NCBI GenBank assembly: GCA_003209475.1
Contig: QCQY01000004.1
Span: 6,115 to 70,114 of the forward strand
Source of the DNA: Prochlorococcus sp. AG-459-B06
Lineage (GTDB): Bacteria; Cyanobacteriota; Cyanobacteriia; PCC-6307; Cyanobiaceae
DNA: 64,000 bases
Direction of reading: 5' to 3'
Notes under the pieces: generated by a model
Databases searched by the model: none
What the model was told of the DNA's origin: nothing
The model's input: the letters and a program-made list of their open reading frames with translations, nothing else
Made by a program: the position numbers and the translations under genes
Shown: positions 34,560 to 44,132 of the stretch, in pieces
Numbering within the stretch: position 1 is the first letter of the stretch
Layout: every line of letters starts with the position of its first letter

Positions 34560-35291
34560 TTACAAGTAAGGCATCGAAAATAAGAGAAAATCTAGATCCT
34601 TTTCAGTATCTATAGAGACATCATTATAATAATCGACTTCAAAACCCAAGCCATCTCCAGATTCGAGACATATATTTAGGTTAGAGTCTTTACTTTTTAA
34701 TAAAAGATTACCTTCTATTATTTGTATCCAATTATATTTATCGATTTCTAATGGCAATTTTTTTTCTTTAATTGGCTTATATTTACAACGCCATAAAGAG
34801 ATACTTTGATTTAGAAAAAGCTTATTATTTTTACCATCTTTGTAATTAAAAATAAGATTATCCCTCAACTTTTCGTTTAACGAAATTTGATCATATCGGG
34901 GTTTGATATTTTCTTTTTGAGGGCATATCCAAATCTGGAACAACTTACAGGTCTCATTTTCTTCATTCTTCTCGCTATGAGAGATTCCAGTACCTGCAGA
35001 CATAACTTGTACTTCATCTTTGTGAATTTTTCCAAGATTATCTAACGAGTCTCTATGAGTTATTGCTCCTTTTGTTACGACAGTAATTATTTCCATATTT
35101 GCATGAGAATGTGTATTAAATCCGGCATTAGGAGAAATAATATCTTCGTTTATAACTCTAATTTTCCCAAAATTATCCCATTTTGGATCTCTATGCTCTG
35201 CGAAAGAAAATGAATGCATCGAATTTAGCCATTCTCTAGTCGATCTAAATCTTTCGTGAGATTTCCTTATTTTAATTATTTTCAAAGACAT
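34560..35291 (-). CDS. pirin family protein
   Basis: HSFSFA, FNTHSH, HRDSL, MSAGTGISHSE. Confidence 0.93.
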   Translation of the reverse strand: MSLKIIKIRKSHERFRSTREWLNSMHSFSFAEHRDPKWDNFGKIRVINEDIISPNAGFNTHSHANMEIITVVTKGAITHRDSLDNLGKIHKDEVQVMSAGTGISHSEKNEENETCKLFQIWICPQKENIKPRYDQISLNEKLRDNLIFNYKDGKNNKLFLNQSISLWRCKYKPIKEKKLPLEIDKYNWIQIIEGNLLLKSKDSNLNICLESGDGLGFEVDYYNDVSIDTEKDLDFLLFSMPYL

Positions 35292-35377
35292 AAATATTAA
35301 GAATTAATATGGTGTATTTGTGTAAATTAAATATTTTTGAAAATTATAAATTATTAATAAGTGAAATTACTTTTTAT

Positions 35378-35506
35378 TTATTTGTTAATTTTGCTTTGTG
35401 CTTTATTTGCTTTATTAATTATTTTTTTTGCTTCTTCTCTTGTCGAACATTTTTGTGCCTCAACGTTTAAGTTTTTTAGTTTATTTAATTGCTTTGAAAT
35501 TTTCAT
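35378..35506 (-). CDS. small basic protein (42 aa)
   Basis: Manual translation ending ...EAQKCSTREEAKKIINKANKAQSKINK. Confidence 0.55.
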   Translation of the reverse strand: MKISKQLNKLKNLNVEAQKCSTREEAKKIINKANKAQSKINK

Positions 35507-35589
35507 ACAAGTTTAAATGACCAAGTAGAAATTAACACATATTTAATGGAATAGCTAAAAAAATTAGGTTTGCGTTTGAACTTTAGTAC

Positions 35590-36126
35590 CTAAAAATAAG
35601 ATTGGAGGATGGAATTATCTGAACAATATAAAGGATGTATTGGATTATCTTTGATTGTTTTTTTAATAAAAAGCGGTCCAAGAGGGTTATCAAAATTATT
35701 TTTCCTAATTAAATTATATTGCATAATTTTCTTTGCTATTTTTTTATTTCTATTTAGGAATTTACCTTTGTTACCCCAACCTAACCATAAATCACAATCT
35801 TTATTTTCAGACCAGTGTTTTAAGTTTTTATAAATATGATTATTGTTTAGATACCCCACAGGGTTTTTGTGATTAAAGAGTCTTCCTGGATTACTTGAAA
35901 TAAGAGCAAATAGATTGATTAATTTTACTTTGCCGTAATTATTGTTTTTCGAAATTTTGATAATCTTTTTTGTTGTATTATCTAAGAAAACTGAATCAGA
36001 TAATGAGGGATTTAAACCAATAAAAATAATTTCCTTTTTAGATTTAGAAATCCTATAACTTAAACTCCATCTATATAATTTGTTAGCACTAATTAAACAA
36101 TTTCTTTCTAGAAATAAATTTTTCAA
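35590..36126 (-). CDS. DUF1643-like protein
   Basis: YRW.L...FIGLNPS...D.T...NLFA...GWG...HPLY. Confidence 0.8.
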   Translation of the reverse strand: MKNLFLERNCLISANKLYRWSLSYRISKSKKEIIFIGLNPSLSDSVFLDNTTKKIIKISKNNNYGKVKLINLFALISSNPGRLFNHKNPVGYLNNNHIYKNLKHWSENKDCDLWLGWGNKGKFLNRNKKIAKKIMQYNLIRKNNFDNPLGPLFIKKTIKDNPIHPLYCSDNSILQSYF

Positions 36127-36608
36127 CCTAAACCTACACCTCTAGCCATAAGAGTGGCAAACAAAGGTATTGTTGCAAAGCCAACTAATTCAGTAGTAAT
36201 AATGAGTCTAAACCTCTTAACTATGTTTTCTGAAATTTCAGGTAGTTTATTCTTACTTAGTGGGATTGCCCAGAGGATATATGTTGTCGTTGGGTATAAA
36301 GAAAGTAAGCCAACCAAAATGTAGAGTGAAACCTTTATCCAAAACACAGGATTACCCGTATAGAAATCACCTCCTTGTCCAAAATACTTAACACGCAATA
36401 TACCAGTAACTAATAATGCAACTCCTGCCAAACCATAAACCACATCTGCAATTATCATTGAGATCGTCTCATTTCTATTAAGACCTACTTTTAAAGTCAA
36501 TCTTTCAAACAAAAGAGAACCGAAACACAATATAATTCCTAGATAATGAACATATGCTACTAATGCACTTTTAGCAATTTCACCTGTTAATAAAGTTCCT
36601 AATAACAT
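36123..36608 (-). CDS. DUF2214-like membrane protein
   Basis: AYVHYL, D..YG, TG..R, NPVFWIK, LSLYPT, MARGVG. Confidence 0.82.
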   Translation of the reverse strand: MLLGTLLTGEIAKSALVAYVHYLGIILCFGSLLFERLTLKVGLNRNETISMIIADVVYGLAGVALLVTGILRVKYFGQGGDFYTGNPVFWIKVSLYILVGLLSLYPTTTYILWAIPLSKNKLPEISENIVKRFRLIITTELVGFATIPLFATLMARGVGLG

Positions 36609-36696
36609 TTTGCAGTCAAAATTTATACAATCCTAACCACCAAAAAAAGAATTTGTTTAGAAAATAGATTAAACGATAAAAAGCAAGGTATTGAAT

Positions 36697-37446
36697 CTAG
36701 GACTCTAAAAACCTTTTTTGACCATCTTCAAAAAAATCCTTTTTATTCCATACTTCGATTACATCTGGGAAATGTTTTTCCATACAATTATCACAAACCC
36801 CATGACTGAATCTAATATCACTAATTTTCGAAAGATATTTTTCTAAATGCATCCAATCGCCCTCCTTATTTTTAACTTCTCTGCAATATGAACATACAGA
36901 TAAAATCCCTTCCTGTTTATGCAAATTAGACAATGCATCTAGCAAATTTAATGACTTTTTTCTAAGCTCTAAAAATGAGACTATTTGCTTGGATAATAAT
37001 TCCATAATATTAAATTGTTGTGTAGTTAGATTTCCTGGCTTTCTATCTATTACACAAAGAGTTCCAAGTTTATTACCATCACTATTTCTAAGGGGAAAAC
37101 CGGCATAAAAACGAATATTTGGATCTCCAGTTACCAATGGATTATTTATAAATCTTTCATCTTGGAAAGCATCATGAATAATTAATGGACTATTTTCCTT
37201 TATTGCATGTGTACAAAAAGACCAATCTCTTCTAGTTTCTGATATTTGAAGTCCTATTTTGGATTTAAACCATTGTTTATCTTTGTCTACCAAAGTCATT
37301 AAAGAAATAGGCACATTACAGGTTTTAGCTGCAATTTTTGTAATATCGTCATAACATGATTCTGGCTTGGTTCCCAAAATCCTATATTCTGCTAAAGCTT
37401 TTAATCTTCTTTCCTCTTCTTCTTTTTTTGATACAAGATTCTGCAT
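36697..37446 (-). CDS. GAF domain protein with C-terminal Cys/His motif
   Basis: RL.AL..Y.IL, QWFKS, RFYAG.PL, GTLCVID; tail CSYC...SHGVCDNC. Confidence 0.85.
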   Translation of the reverse strand: MQNLVSKKEEEERRLKALAEYRILGTKPESCYDDITKIAAKTCNVPISLMTLVDKDKQWFKSKIGLQISETRRDWSFCTHAIKENSPLIIHDAFQDERFINNPLVTGDPNIRFYAGFPLRNSDGNKLGTLCVIDRKPGNLTTQQFNIMELLSKQIVSFLELRKKSLNLLDALSNLHKQEGILSVCSYCREVKNKEGDWMHLEKYLSKISDIRFSHGVCDNCMEKHFPDVIEVWNKKDFFEDGQKRFLES

Positions 37447-37547
37447 TAATCTTCACCAATAATTAAAACTTTAAAATTAAAGTTTCTTCAAAAAACTTTT
37501 TCCGTCTAATACTTAATAAAAAAAAGATAAACTTATTGATTTGTTAC

Positions 37548-38780
37548 TTAATCATTTAACTTTGAGACTGCCATCCCAGCGATCCATCCACTTGTCCAAC
37601 AATGTTGAAAATTAAATCCACCTGTGATCCCATCAACATCTAAAACTTCTCCAGAAAAAAATAATCCTGGACAAATTAAGCTCTCCATACTTTTAAAATT
37701 AACTTCATTAATTTTTACGCCTCCAGAAGTAACAAATTCCTCACCAAATGGTCCTTTGCCAGAAATTATATATTTGTCCCTCGTTAGAATATCTATCATT
37801 TTCTCTCTTTCCTCCGCCAGTAAATCAGCCCACTTTTTCTCTTTATCAATACCTATTTTATTTAATAAAAAAATCCATAATCTTTTTGTTAATAGCGGAA
37901 CAGGTCTACTATTGATTAGATTCACCTTGCCTTTATTTAATCTTAAATAGTTAACTTTTTCTTTTAACTCCTCATAACTTAAAGAAGACCATTTAATGAT
38001 TAGATTAAATTTATATTTTTGGCTATAAAGTTCCCTTGCTGCAATTGATGAAAGTTTTAATACTGCTGGTCCACTAAAACCCCAATGAGTTATTAGTAAA
38101 TCGCCTCTATTTTGAAAATTCTTATTGTTTAATTTAATTTCTATATCTATGCCCTTTATCGATACCCCACTACATTCATCCAAATTTGGTTCTTTTGTAG
38201 AAAAAGTAAAAAGCGATGGTACAGGTTTAATAACGTTGTGTCCAAGATTTTGAGCTAGTTTGTATCCGCTTGGATTACCTCCAGTTGAAAGAATAATATT
38301 TTTTGAAGTTACCTTTGCTTTTTTAAGACTAAAGATATTGAATATATTATCTGGAGTTTTTGAAATTTCTTTTACAAAAAATTTTGTTAATATCTCTACG
38401 TTTTTTGATATGGCACTTTTTCTCAAACAATCAATAACATCTGAAGAAGAATTAGACTCTGGGAATACTCTTAGATCTTCCTCAATTTTTAATTTTAACC
38501 CTTTTTTCTCAAACCAATCATATACATCTCCAGTTGCAAAACGATTAAATGATTCCAAGAGCTGAATTCCACCTCTGGGGTAATTCTCAACTAGTTCATT
38601 CGGTATCCATGTCGCATTAGTCACGTTACATCTTCCCCCTCCACTAATCCTTACTTTCTCCATAAGTTTTGAAGTGCCTTCAAGAATTATTATTCTTTTA
38701 ACTCCATTTTCAGCAGCAGTTATTGCTGTCATAAAACCGGCTGCACCGCCTCCTACAACTACTAAATCAAAAGGTTCCAA
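37548..38780 (-). CDS. NAD(P)/FAD-dependent oxidoreductase (HI0933 family)
   Basis: GGGAAG, SGGGRCNVTN, VTSGGV, GEVLDVDG.TGGFNFQ. Confidence 0.93.
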   Translation of the reverse strand: MEPFDLVVVGGGAAGFMTAITAAENGVKRIIILEGTSKLMEKVRISGGGRCNVTNATWIPNELVENYPRGGIQLLESFNRFATGDVYDWFEKKGLKLKIEEDLRVFPESNSSSDVIDCLRKSAISKNVEILTKFFVKEISKTPDNIFNIFSLKKAKVTSKNIILSTGGNPSGYKLAQNLGHNVIKPVPSLFTFSTKEPNLDECSGVSIKGIDIEIKLNNKNFQNRGDLLITHWGFSGPAVLKLSSIAARELYSQKYKFNLIIKWSSLSYEELKEKVNYLRLNKGKVNLINSRPVPLLTKRLWIFLLNKIGIDKEKKWADLLAEEREKMIDILTRDKYIISGKGPFGEEFVTSGGVKINEVNFKSMESLICPGLFFSGEVLDVDGITGGFNFQHCWTSGWIAGMAVSKLND

Positions 38781-39015
38781 AAACTTATTATTTAATATGC
38801 TTTAATTTGATAATAGCAAGGAGTTACAAAGAAAAATTATTCCAAAAACCATAAAAAAATAAATAAAAAACTTAAAAACTACATAATAAATAATTTCAAT
38901 TCACTAATTTTTAACTTTCTAAAAAAAAATCAACGCAGTCGTTATTTTTATGCTTTAACTTAATTAAATGAGTTCAATATTTTCTTACGTCAAATATTCT
39001 GAGGCCAATTTTCCT

Positions 39016-39210
39016 ATGACTGGTCAATATACGGCTCTTCTTTTAATAACTTCTGTTATTTGGGTTTTACTTTGGTTTGGTTACAGACAAAATAAGATAA
39101 ATGATGAGATCAAGAAAAAAGAAAAAGAAGAAAGAATTAATGCGAAAGTTCAAAGAAGAAAGAAGTTAGAGAGTTTGTACCCTAGTAATAAAAAAAACTG
39201 TCTAAAATAA
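39016..39210 (+). CDS. small single-TM protein
   Basis: MTGQYTALLLITSVIWVLLWFGY then basic tail ...LESLYP; start may be 38968. Confidence 0.6.
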   Translation: MTGQYTALLLITSVIWVLLWFGYRQNKINDEIKKKEKEERINAKVQRRKKLESLYPSNKKNCLK

Positions 39211-39347
39211 ATCATTTCTAATTAAATATGAAAAAAAATAATTTCAAATCACTAATTCAGTACTTACCGGGGATTTTGATTCTTATTTATGTATTCTTTT
39301 TAGCATTTACTCAATTTATAAAATAAAATTTCTAAAAATTATTCGTT

Positions 39348-40220
39348 TTGATTGGAATCCTTTCTGCTTTTGGAGCCGCTACATCTTGGACTTATGCTTG
39401 CTTTATTTGGCGCACTCAAACTCAAAAATATAAATCAATAGATATAAATTTAATAAAAAATATAATAGCTTTTTTAGTTTTTATACCTGCTTTTATTAAT
39501 CTAAGTTCTACAACAGAATTAAAAAACATATTAATCTTACTAATAAGTGGAATAATAGGTATTGGTTTAGGTGATACTTTCTATTTAAAGTCACTACAAA
39601 CAATTGGCACAAGAAAAACTTTATCTATAGAAACGCTTTCTCCCTTAATGGCTGCTTTATCAGGGGAAATTTTTATTAATGAAAATTTAACAACTAAATC
39701 ATGGGTTGGAATAATCATAGTATCGATTTCGCTATTCATAATTCTCAAAAAAGGTAATAATTTTAAAGAGGAAAACGCCACTTTCTCAGAAAAAAATAAC
39801 TTTAAGATTTTTGCATTCCCTTTTTTATCAGTTTTATGTGCTGTTCTTGGAGGTCTTTTTTCAAGGATGGTTTTCCTTCAAAGCAATTTATCTCCTTTCC
39901 TTACAACTGAGATAAGATTATTAGGTGCAATAATTTTTTTGATTACTCTAAAAGGATTTAAGATTAATTTTTTCTTAAAAAATATAGAAAAAAAACAACA
40001 AAAAAGATTTTTGCTTTCAATACTTCTTGGAACCAATATAGGTATATTGCTACAACAAGTTGTTTTTAAAACCCTTCCCATAGGAGTAGGATGGGCTTTA
40101 TTAAGTACATCTCCAGTAATTTCTTTACTTTTTGCTAAGAATGAGGAAAGGGAAATTACCAAAAAAATAATATTTTTTACTTGTTTTTTATTTTTTGGGT
40201 TGACATTAATAATTTTTTAA
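39348..40220 (+). CDS. DMT/EamA family transporter
   Basis: About 10 TM, two EamA halves, GLGDTFY. Confidence 0.85.
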   Translation: MIGILSAFGAATSWTYACFIWRTQTQKYKSIDINLIKNIIAFLVFIPAFINLSSTTELKNILILLISGIIGIGLGDTFYLKSLQTIGTRKTLSIETLSPLMAALSGEIFINENLTTKSWVGIIIVSISLFIILKKGNNFKEENATFSEKNNFKIFAFPFLSVLCAVLGGLFSRMVFLQSNLSPFLTTEIRLLGAIIFLITLKGFKINFFLKNIEKKQQKRFLLSILLGTNIGILLQQVVFKTLPIGVGWALLSTSPVISLLFAKNEEREITKKIIFFTCFLFFGLTLIIF

Positions 40221-40297
40221 TCTCTGGCTTAATGTAATAAATACTCATGTTAAAAGAAATAAGATTAAATAAAATTATCCTATAAACACTCAGAAAA

Positions 40298-40414
40298 ATG
40301 AAAATTTTAAAGAAAAAAAGACTTGGCACATTGGAGGTTTATTTAATTTTTCTAAGCTGCATTTACGCAGGTTTTATAAGCTATAAATCTCTATTGAATG
40401 TTTTATTTACTTGA
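40298..40414 (+). CDS. small membrane peptide (38 aa)
   Basis: MKILKKKRLGTLEVYLIFLSCIYAGFISYKSLLNVLFT. Confidence 0.4.
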   Translation: MKILKKKRLGTLEVYLIFLSCIYAGFISYKSLLNVLFT

Positions 40415-40416
40415 AA

Positions 40417-40551
40417 TTAATTAATTCTTTGGAATGATTTAATCAACTTACCTCCATCTTGGTCGTCGTCATCATTTGACGCAAAAAATAAAAAAAATAT
40501 CCCTAGAGAAGCTATAGATAGCGAAATTGACAATATAGAAAGCTCATCCAT
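40417..40551 (-). CDS. small TM peptide with DDDDQDGG motif (44 aa)
   Basis: MDELSILSISLSIASLGIFFLFFASNDDDDQDGGKLIKSFQRIN. Confidence 0.6.
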   Translation of the reverse strand: MDELSILSISLSIASLGIFFLFFASNDDDDQDGGKLIKSFQRIN

Positions 40552-40669
40552 AAATTAAAATTTTCTTTATAATAAGCGAAAAAAAATAAAAGACAGTAAA
40601 GAAATACACAATCGCGAAAATAAAAATTTCTTTTATTTGTAAAATAAAAGAACAGATCCTAACTATTTT

Positions 40670-40945
40670 GTGAAAGTTCTAATATCTTCCCCCTGTAGTG
40701 CAAGCGTAATAATTCAGTATGGAATAAAAAGTTGGCCTATTTGGGAATGTGAGCCAAGCAAATTTCAATGGAATTACGATGATAAGGAAATTTGCTTAAT
40801 TATTGAAGGTCAAGCGAAAATAAGTACCCAATACGGTGACATTTACCTGATTAAAGCTGGAGATCTAGTTGAGTTTCCTGCTGGACTTTACTGCGAATGG
40901 GAAGTCACCAAAAGCATTAAAAAACATTATCGATTGGGGAGCTAA
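40670..40945 (+). CDS. cupin domain protein (DUF861-like)
   Basis: WPIWECEPS.F.W.Y...E.C.I.EG...GD...FP.G..C.W. Confidence 0.88.
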   Translation: MKVLISSPCSASVIIQYGIKSWPIWECEPSKFQWNYDDKEICLIIEGQAKISTQYGDIYLIKAGDLVEFPAGLYCEWEVTKSIKKHYRLGS

Positions 40946-41037
40946 ATTTAAGAAAAAAGATTTTTTCTTTCTTTACTGTTAAGTCAATGCATATAAGATA
41001 TGGTTAATAAATAATTTTCAAAAGGGAAACATATATT

Positions 41038-41208
41038 ATGCCTTTTACTGATCAAGAATATTTTGAGGTTTTCGAAAAAAACGAAATAGTAAAAAAGGCC
41101 TTTGAAAATATCAAGCAAATTTGCATTGATTTACAAAAACAAACAAATTGTCCTGAAGAGGATCTAAAAGATTTTCTTGAGTTTATTTCTAAACAGTGGA
41201 ATAAGTAA
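41038..41208 (+). CDS. small hypothetical protein (56 aa)
   Basis: MPFTDQEYFEVFEKNEIVKKAFENIKQICIDLQKQTNCPEEDLKDFLEFISKQWNK. Confidence 0.65.
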   Translation: MPFTDQEYFEVFEKNEIVKKAFENIKQICIDLQKQTNCPEEDLKDFLEFISKQWNK

Positions 41209-41264
41209 TAATTAACAAGCCTTTTAAAATACTAAATTTCAATTTAGTTTTGACAGAGTAAGTT

Positions 41265-41396
41265 CTAATCTAATTCCTTTTTTGGGTTTGTATTGATACT
41301 GGAAGTTCCCTTAGCAGCAGAAACAAAGAAAAAGAAGCCTACAATTCCTGATATACCAAATATCGCAGCCAAAGGATCAAAAGTGAAAGAAAACAT
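41265..41396 (-). CDS. small TM peptide
   Basis: MFSFTFDPLAAIFGISGIVGFFFFVSAAKG...; ATG start preferred. Confidence 0.5.
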   Translation of the reverse strand: MFSFTFDPLAAIFGISGIVGFFFFVSAAKGTSSINTNPKKELD

Positions 41397-41678
41397 AGAA
41401 TTTATAAAATCAAAATAAATAATAGTTTTTGAATCAAAATTGTACAATTATTGTTAAGTATAAAAAATAACAATTGCGCGATTCATTATGTCATTATTAG
41501 TTTATCAATAGGTTCAATAAAATTGTTATTTAAATTCATATTGAAAAATAAAAATATCAATACACACCAAAGATCTATTCGTAGGAAATAGAAAACTTTT
41601 AAAAAATATTTATAGAAATATTGAATAACACTATCCGAAGGATCCACAATTATTGTTTCTTTAGATTAATATCAATTT

Positions 41679-41861
41679 ATGACAGAATTGTATCAAGTTC
41701 CTTCCTCAATTAGTCCTTTTACAGCGATATTATGGTGCTTTTATCCCATAGCTATAATTGTAACCATTGAGTTAATTCTAGGCGGTGGTATTGATGATGA
41801 TAATAATGATGACCAAGACGGCGGAATGCTTATTCCTGCGTATTCAAGATCTAATGTTTAA
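41679..41861 (+). CDS. small TM protein with acidic DDD..DGG motif
   Basis: ISPFTAILWCFYP...DDDNNDDQDGGMLIPAY. Confidence 0.7.
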   Translation: MTELYQVPSSISPFTAILWCFYPIAIIVTIELILGGGIDDDNNDDQDGGMLIPAYSRSNV

Positions 41862-41900
41862 ATTTTTTGAATTTTAAATTACAAGTCCAAAAAATTTCTC

Positions 41901-42047
41901 ATGAAATTGGCTAACAATATTGATACGACTCTTATTTCCCTAATTACACTTACCATTCTTATTATTTCCTCACTCTCTTGGATGGTATTAAGAACCCTTA
42001 AAGAAGGTAGAAAAGCTTTAAAAGAAATAAATAAAGATAGTTCTTGA
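41901..42047 (+). CDS. small single-TM protein (48 aa)
   Basis: MKLANNIDTTLISLITLTILIISSLSWMVLRTLKEGRK... Confidence 0.5.
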   Translation: MKLANNIDTTLISLITLTILIISSLSWMVLRTLKEGRKALKEINKDSS

Positions 42048-42484
42048 ATATCTCAAAAATCATTTAAAAATATAGAATTTTCATTAAATTTATAAAACTC
42101 TTAGATTTATAAGCTTTGCTAACTAAAAAGATATATTCTTAAAATTTAAAAACTTTTCCATCTAAAAGTTTGGGAAAAGCATAAAAAACTTAAATAAATA
42201 CTAGAATTTGGATGGTTTTTTAAGTTAAATAATTACCAATCTATTTCTATTGATACCCCTTTTTATGTAAAAGTCCCTCTCTTTGTAATCACTTTAATAA
42301 ATAAACATGCATTTAAATTCTTTACTTTATATTTGTTCTATATCTTTATTCATTTATATAATGGCGCTATTTTGGAGAGACTTACCAAATCAAAAAAAGT
42401 AAATAAATAATTAATATTAATTTTGTTGCTTATCAAAATAAATTGAGTTATTAATTTAATATTGGATTTATTTTTTTTATATAA

Positions 42485-42649
42485 ATGCTGAAAGAATCTT
42501 CAAATAACAATAACAAAAATATATTTTCAGAAACCTCAAGTATTGCAAAAGAAAAGATGATTTGCAAAGACGGATTCTGTTCATTACCAAATCAAGATGA
42601 GATACCAAAAAAAGCTTCAAATGACATGAGTTTATTTGATCCTATTTAG
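42485..42649 (+). CDS. small protein with CKDGFC motif (54 aa)
   Basis: Manual translation ...KEKMICKDGFCSLPNQ...LFDPI. Confidence 0.55.
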   Translation: MLKESSNNNNKNIFSETSSIAKEKMICKDGFCSLPNQDEIPKKASNDMSLFDPI

Positions 42650-42717
42650 TAAATAAATAATATTTTGATAAATTGAAGATTAAATTGATAATGTTAAATT
42701 CTTTGAATTTTTAATTT

Positions 42718-43053
42718 ATGCTTAATGACTTTTTAAACGCATATAAGGAGTTTTGGATTAAAGCTACAGACTTCAAAGGATTCACATCTCGATCGGACTG
42801 GTGGTTAGTTCAACTAGCGAATCTTATAATTTCTTTCCTAACTTTCCCAATATTTTTAAAAACTTTTGGTTTCAATGCTTATGGGATAGTTTGTATCATA
42901 CCTCAAATAGCTATTGATATAAGAAGAATCAAAGATTTTGGAAAAGATTGGAAATGGATTTTTATTAATTTAATACCTATCTTCGGATGGATCTTGTGGT
43001 TTATATGGCTAGGCTTTGGTAAGACCGGTAATGGAAAAAATAAACTTATATAG
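42718..43053 (+). CDS. DUF805 family membrane protein
   Basis: DFKG.TSR.D.W...P..A...RR..D.GK.W.W..I.LIP..G. Confidence 0.85.
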   Translation: MLNDFLNAYKEFWIKATDFKGFTSRSDWWLVQLANLIISFLTFPIFLKTFGFNAYGIVCIIPQIAIDIRRIKDFGKDWKWIFINLIPIFGWILWFIWLGFGKTGNGKNKLI

Positions 43054-43056
43054 AAA

Positions 43057-43383
43057 TTAACTCTTTATTTTTTTTCTTTTTTTAAAATCTACAAATCTTA
43101 TCTTGTTTCTTAACTCTATTTGTTTTTCAATAATCCTAAACACATGCATCTCGCATTCGGTTAATTTAAGAAACTGATCGAGTGTATCTTTATCTTCTTC
43201 ATCAAAATCTTCGAAAACTTCTGAAATAGCAATACTATTTCTAGAAATAAAATCCTCTGCAACATCACGTGGATTCTTGCCTGATTCGAAATCCTGAAAA
43301 GCTTCATAAGAATTAAGTTCTCTCGTTAACCATTTAAACCATGGTTCATTTTTATTATTTTTTTTATTTATGATTTTCTTCAT
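43057..43383 (-). CDS. hypothetical protein (paralog of 32347..32613)
   Basis: Intact ORF; similarity by eye. Confidence 0.7.
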   Translation of the reverse strand: MKKIINKKNNKNEPWFKWLTRELNSYEAFQDFESGKNPRDVAEDFISRNSIAISEVFEDFDEEDKDTLDQFLKLTECEMHVFRIIEKQIELRNKIRFVDFKKRKKIKS

Positions 43384-43593
43384 GAAAAATTTTTTACTAG
43401 TTTAATCATTATTAGTAATTCATTCTTTGACAGCTGTACAATTACTTATTTTTTAAATTTAATTAAAGATAAACCTTATTTATTTTTTACAAAATTACTA
43501 GCATAATTACCCATAAAGCTTCGTAAAGAATAAGTATTTATTACTCATTTTTTTGTTTATGAGATAGTTAGAATTTGTTTTTAGTAAAGCACA

Positions 43594-43812
43594 TTGTCAA
43601 TTCCATTTTACGACTTTCCTTCATCTCCAATTTTAATAATTGGTGCTCTTGGCATTGCAGTAGCGATAGCAGTTTTTTTTGTCTCTTACCAAAAATATTT
43701 CAATTCTCCTTTGAACAAAGAGCTTGCAGTAAAGAAAAAAGCCTTAATTAGGGAACAAAAAGAATTAAATGAAAGATTAGAAAAAATAGAACAAGATTTA
43801 AAAAATTTATAA
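43594..43812 (+). CDS. small TM plus coiled-coil protein
   Basis: Hydrophobic segment, KYFNSPLN, heptad-like tail. Confidence 0.65.
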   Translation: MSIPFYDFPSSPILIIGALGIAVAIAVFFVSYQKYFNSPLNKELAVKKKALIREQKELNERLEKIEQDLKNL

Positions 43813-43895
43813 AAAATTACTTTTAATAGACGAGTTAATGATCTCGAATTCAAGACCTTAATTTTTTAAACAGGAATTTTGGTCTATAAGAAGTT

Positions 43896-44051
43896 ATGGA
43901 CAAAGATCATCTCATTGATTTAATTTCTAATAGTCTTCTTTACGAGAGTAAAAATTCTGACTCTACTAACAATCTTAGTGACTTTAAAAATTACTTAGAA
44001 AGATTAAATCTAGATCAATTAAGAACTATGTCTAAAGAATTTATTCTCTAG
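43896..44051 (+). CDS. small hypothetical protein (51 aa)
   Basis: MDKDHLIDLISNSLLYE...YLERLNLDQLRTMSKEFIL. Confidence 0.55.
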   Translation: MDKDHLIDLISNSLLYESKNSDSTNNLSDFKNYLERLNLDQLRTMSKEFIL

Positions 44052-44132
44052 TATGATTTTTAAAATATTTTATTGATTATTAAAGAATCAATATTTTTTA
44101 AAAATTGTTACTATCAAGAAAATAAGATAAAT

